Below, one piece after another: positions 62,918 to 64,000 of a stretch of DNA of 64,000 bases. Under the pieces are notes generated by a model. The model saw only the letters and a list, made by a program, of their open reading frames with translations. It made no database searches and had not been told where the DNA came from. Position 1 is the first letter of the stretch, and each line of letters opens with the position of its first letter. Made by a program: the position numbers and the translations under genes. The DNA comes from an uncultured Solirubrobacteraceae bacterium. Its GTDB lineage: Bacteria; Actinomycetota; Thermoleophilia; Solirubrobacterales; Solirubrobacteraceae. Location: assembly GCA_963800905.1 (NCBI GenBank), contig CAWDCT010000009.1, positions 80,681-144,680 on the forward strand, in the 5' to 3' direction.

Positions 62918-64000
62918 ATGCGTTCCGGTTTGCAATTCCTGGTCGTCCCGCTGGCCGTGCTCGCGACGGCGTTGAGCGCCAGCGACGCCGCACGGGCTCA
63001 GTTCGAGCCCACGATCGCCACCACCTCGCCCTACTGCGTTCCGTGGACGCTGTCGTTCGGCGCTGCTCCGGCGAGCGGGGCGATCTCCGCTGCCGGCGAG
63101 CCCGATTGTTGGCGCTTCAGCGGCGCGGCCGGGGATCGCGTGCGGGTGCGGGCGGTCCGCACCTCCGGCTCGCTGGCGCCGCAGGTCGCGATCGTGTCGT
63201 CGGCATGCTCAGCCGCCCCCGCGGCCGAGGTGACCTGCACGCTCGCCACGGCAGGAAGCGTCACCGTGCTGGTGCGCGATGCCGCAGGCTCGCAGACCGG
63301 CGGCTATGCGATCTCCGTCCAGCGGCTGAACGACCCGGTCGGCTGTTCGGCGCTGGCGTTCGACGCAGCCACGCGCACCGGCGCGATCACAGCCGGCGAG
63401 ACGGAGTGCTGGCGCTTCACAGGTGCGGCGGGCGACCGGGTGAGGCTCCGCCTCGTCACGCCGGCGGCCGCACTCGCTCCGCTCGCCGAGGTCCTGCGGC
63501 CAGACGGGACGACGCGCTGCGCGCCGAGCGGCGCGGAGAACCAGACGTGCGTGCTCGACGCGTCCGGGGCCCACACCATCCTGGCGCGCGACCCGGCGGC
63601 GAACGTCGGCGGCTACTCGCTCGGGATCCAGCGGCTCAACAACCCTGTGGGCTGCACGCCGAAGCCGTTCGCCACGACCTCCTCGCTCGGCGTCGTCACG
63701 ACCACGGGCGAGACCGATTGCTGGCGCTTCCACGCCACGGCCGGAGACCACGTGCGCATCCGCGCGGTCAGGACGTCAGGAGCGCTCGACCCGGTGGTCG
63801 AGGTCCTGCGCCCCAGCGGCACGACGCGCTGCAACCCCACCACCACCGACGACGTCACCTGCCAGCTCGACATCACCGGGACGCACACGATTGTCGTCCA
63901 CGACTCCGGTGGGACGGCGACCGGCAACTACCAGCTCGGCCTCCAGCGCCTCAACGATCCCGTGGGATGCCCGTCGCTGGCCTACGGCACGACCGTCACC
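62918..64000 (+). CDS. Partial CDS: secreted protein built from tandem Cys-containing beta-domain repeats of about 100-104 aa (pre-peptidase C-terminal/PPC-like, tentative); continues beyond the window end
   Basis: Not in the ORF track (no stop in-window). RBS GAGGAG at 62901, ATG 62918. MRSGLQFLVVPLAVLATALSASDAARA (signal peptide), then 3 or more repeats of G.I..GE.DCWRF.G.AGDRVR.R.V.T.G.L.P...VLRP.GTTRC.....C.LD..G.HTI...D..G..TG.Y.L..QRLN.PVGC. 361 codons open to position 64000. Confidence 0.75.
   Translation, partial: MRSGLQFLVVPLAVLATALSASDAARAQFEPTIATTSPYCVPWTLSFGAAPASGAISAAGEPDCWRFSGAAGDRVRVRAVRTSGSLAPQVAIVSSACSAAPAAEVTCTLATAGSVTVLVRDAAGSQTGGYAISVQRLNDPVGCSALAFDAATRTGAITAGETECWRFTGAAGDRVRLRLVTPAAALAPLAEVLRPDGTTRCAPSGAENQTCVLDASGAHTILARDPAANVGGYSLGIQRLNNPVGCTPKPFATTSSLGVVTTTGETDCWRFHATAGDHVRIRAVRTSGALDPVVEVLRPSGTTRCNPTTTDDVTCQLDITGTHTIVVHDSGGTATGNYQLGLQRLNDPVGCPSLAYGTTVT

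Noticed and set aside
63031-63927. Minus-strand ORFs of 77-180 aa listed in the track (63031..63264, 63209..63751, 63304..63579, 63613..63927).
   Set aside because: They are antisense to the long plus-strand repeat-protein ORF, which has an RBS, a signal peptide and a periodic conserved motif. The antisense ORFs are the mirror image of the repeats and have low-complexity composition.

Overview
Very GC-rich (over 70% by eye) chromosomal segment of a high-GC, Actinomycetota-like bacterium. I recognise about 63 protein genes and 2 tRNAs (Tyr-GTA, Thr-GGT). I found no rRNA, CRISPR array, transposase, integrase or phage structural gene. All family names come from motif recognition by eye, not from searches.

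Gene content, left to right:
- DsbA-like protein, SF2 helicase, two paralogous LAL/LuxR ATPase regulators, VOC, Lrp and DUF2000.
- A nagA-SIS amino-sugar pair, a GAF-GGDEF cyclase, FAH and clpP.
- A response regulator, then an Ntn acylase coupled to an EamA exporter, then pgsA.
- A long minus-strand operon (Rieske oxygenase, TetR, TetR, potDBCA), divergent from a 4-gene operon (CrtI-like FAD oxidoreductase, acyl-CoA dehydrogenase, ADP-forming acyl-CoA synthetase, second CrtI-like oxidoreductase).
- A DUF1800-DUF1501-cupredoxin triad, folE2 and rpoD.
- A PD-(D/E)XK endonuclease next to tRNA-Tyr, a beta-helix protein, an SDR, and an adenylate cyclase beside an ECF sigma/anti-sigma pair.
- MarR-MFS, an M19 dipeptidase and ArsR-SRPBCC.
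- A LacI-controlled cello-oligosaccharide ABC/GH1/MsiK operon ending in an RTX-repeat protein, then two GH6 paralogs around a TetR.
- bioY, a DUF360 protein, a phosphoesterase, NUDIX, GNAT, tRNA-Thr, and a secreted tandem-repeat protein that runs off the window end and is not in the ORF track.

Four points stand out:
1. About 27 of the 63 genes need one or more frame changes as given. The lesions are mostly 1-2 nt indels, clustered in some intervals and absent from others. This looks more like consensus error than decay, but it must be checked.
2. A family of TIR-bounded, roughly 135-240 bp palindromic intergenic elements lies within about 50 nt of (mostly directly against) gene 3' ends.
3. 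A discrete 40-nt palindromic insertion sits inside the acyl-CoA synthetase gene. Removing it exactly restores the reading frame. A diverged sibling copy lies in an intergenic region.
4. No canonical defence system or mobile island is evident. The best candidates for undescribed biology are the mini-palindrome family and the Rieske / Pot-type ABC / flavin-oxidoreductase / acyl-CoA cluster.
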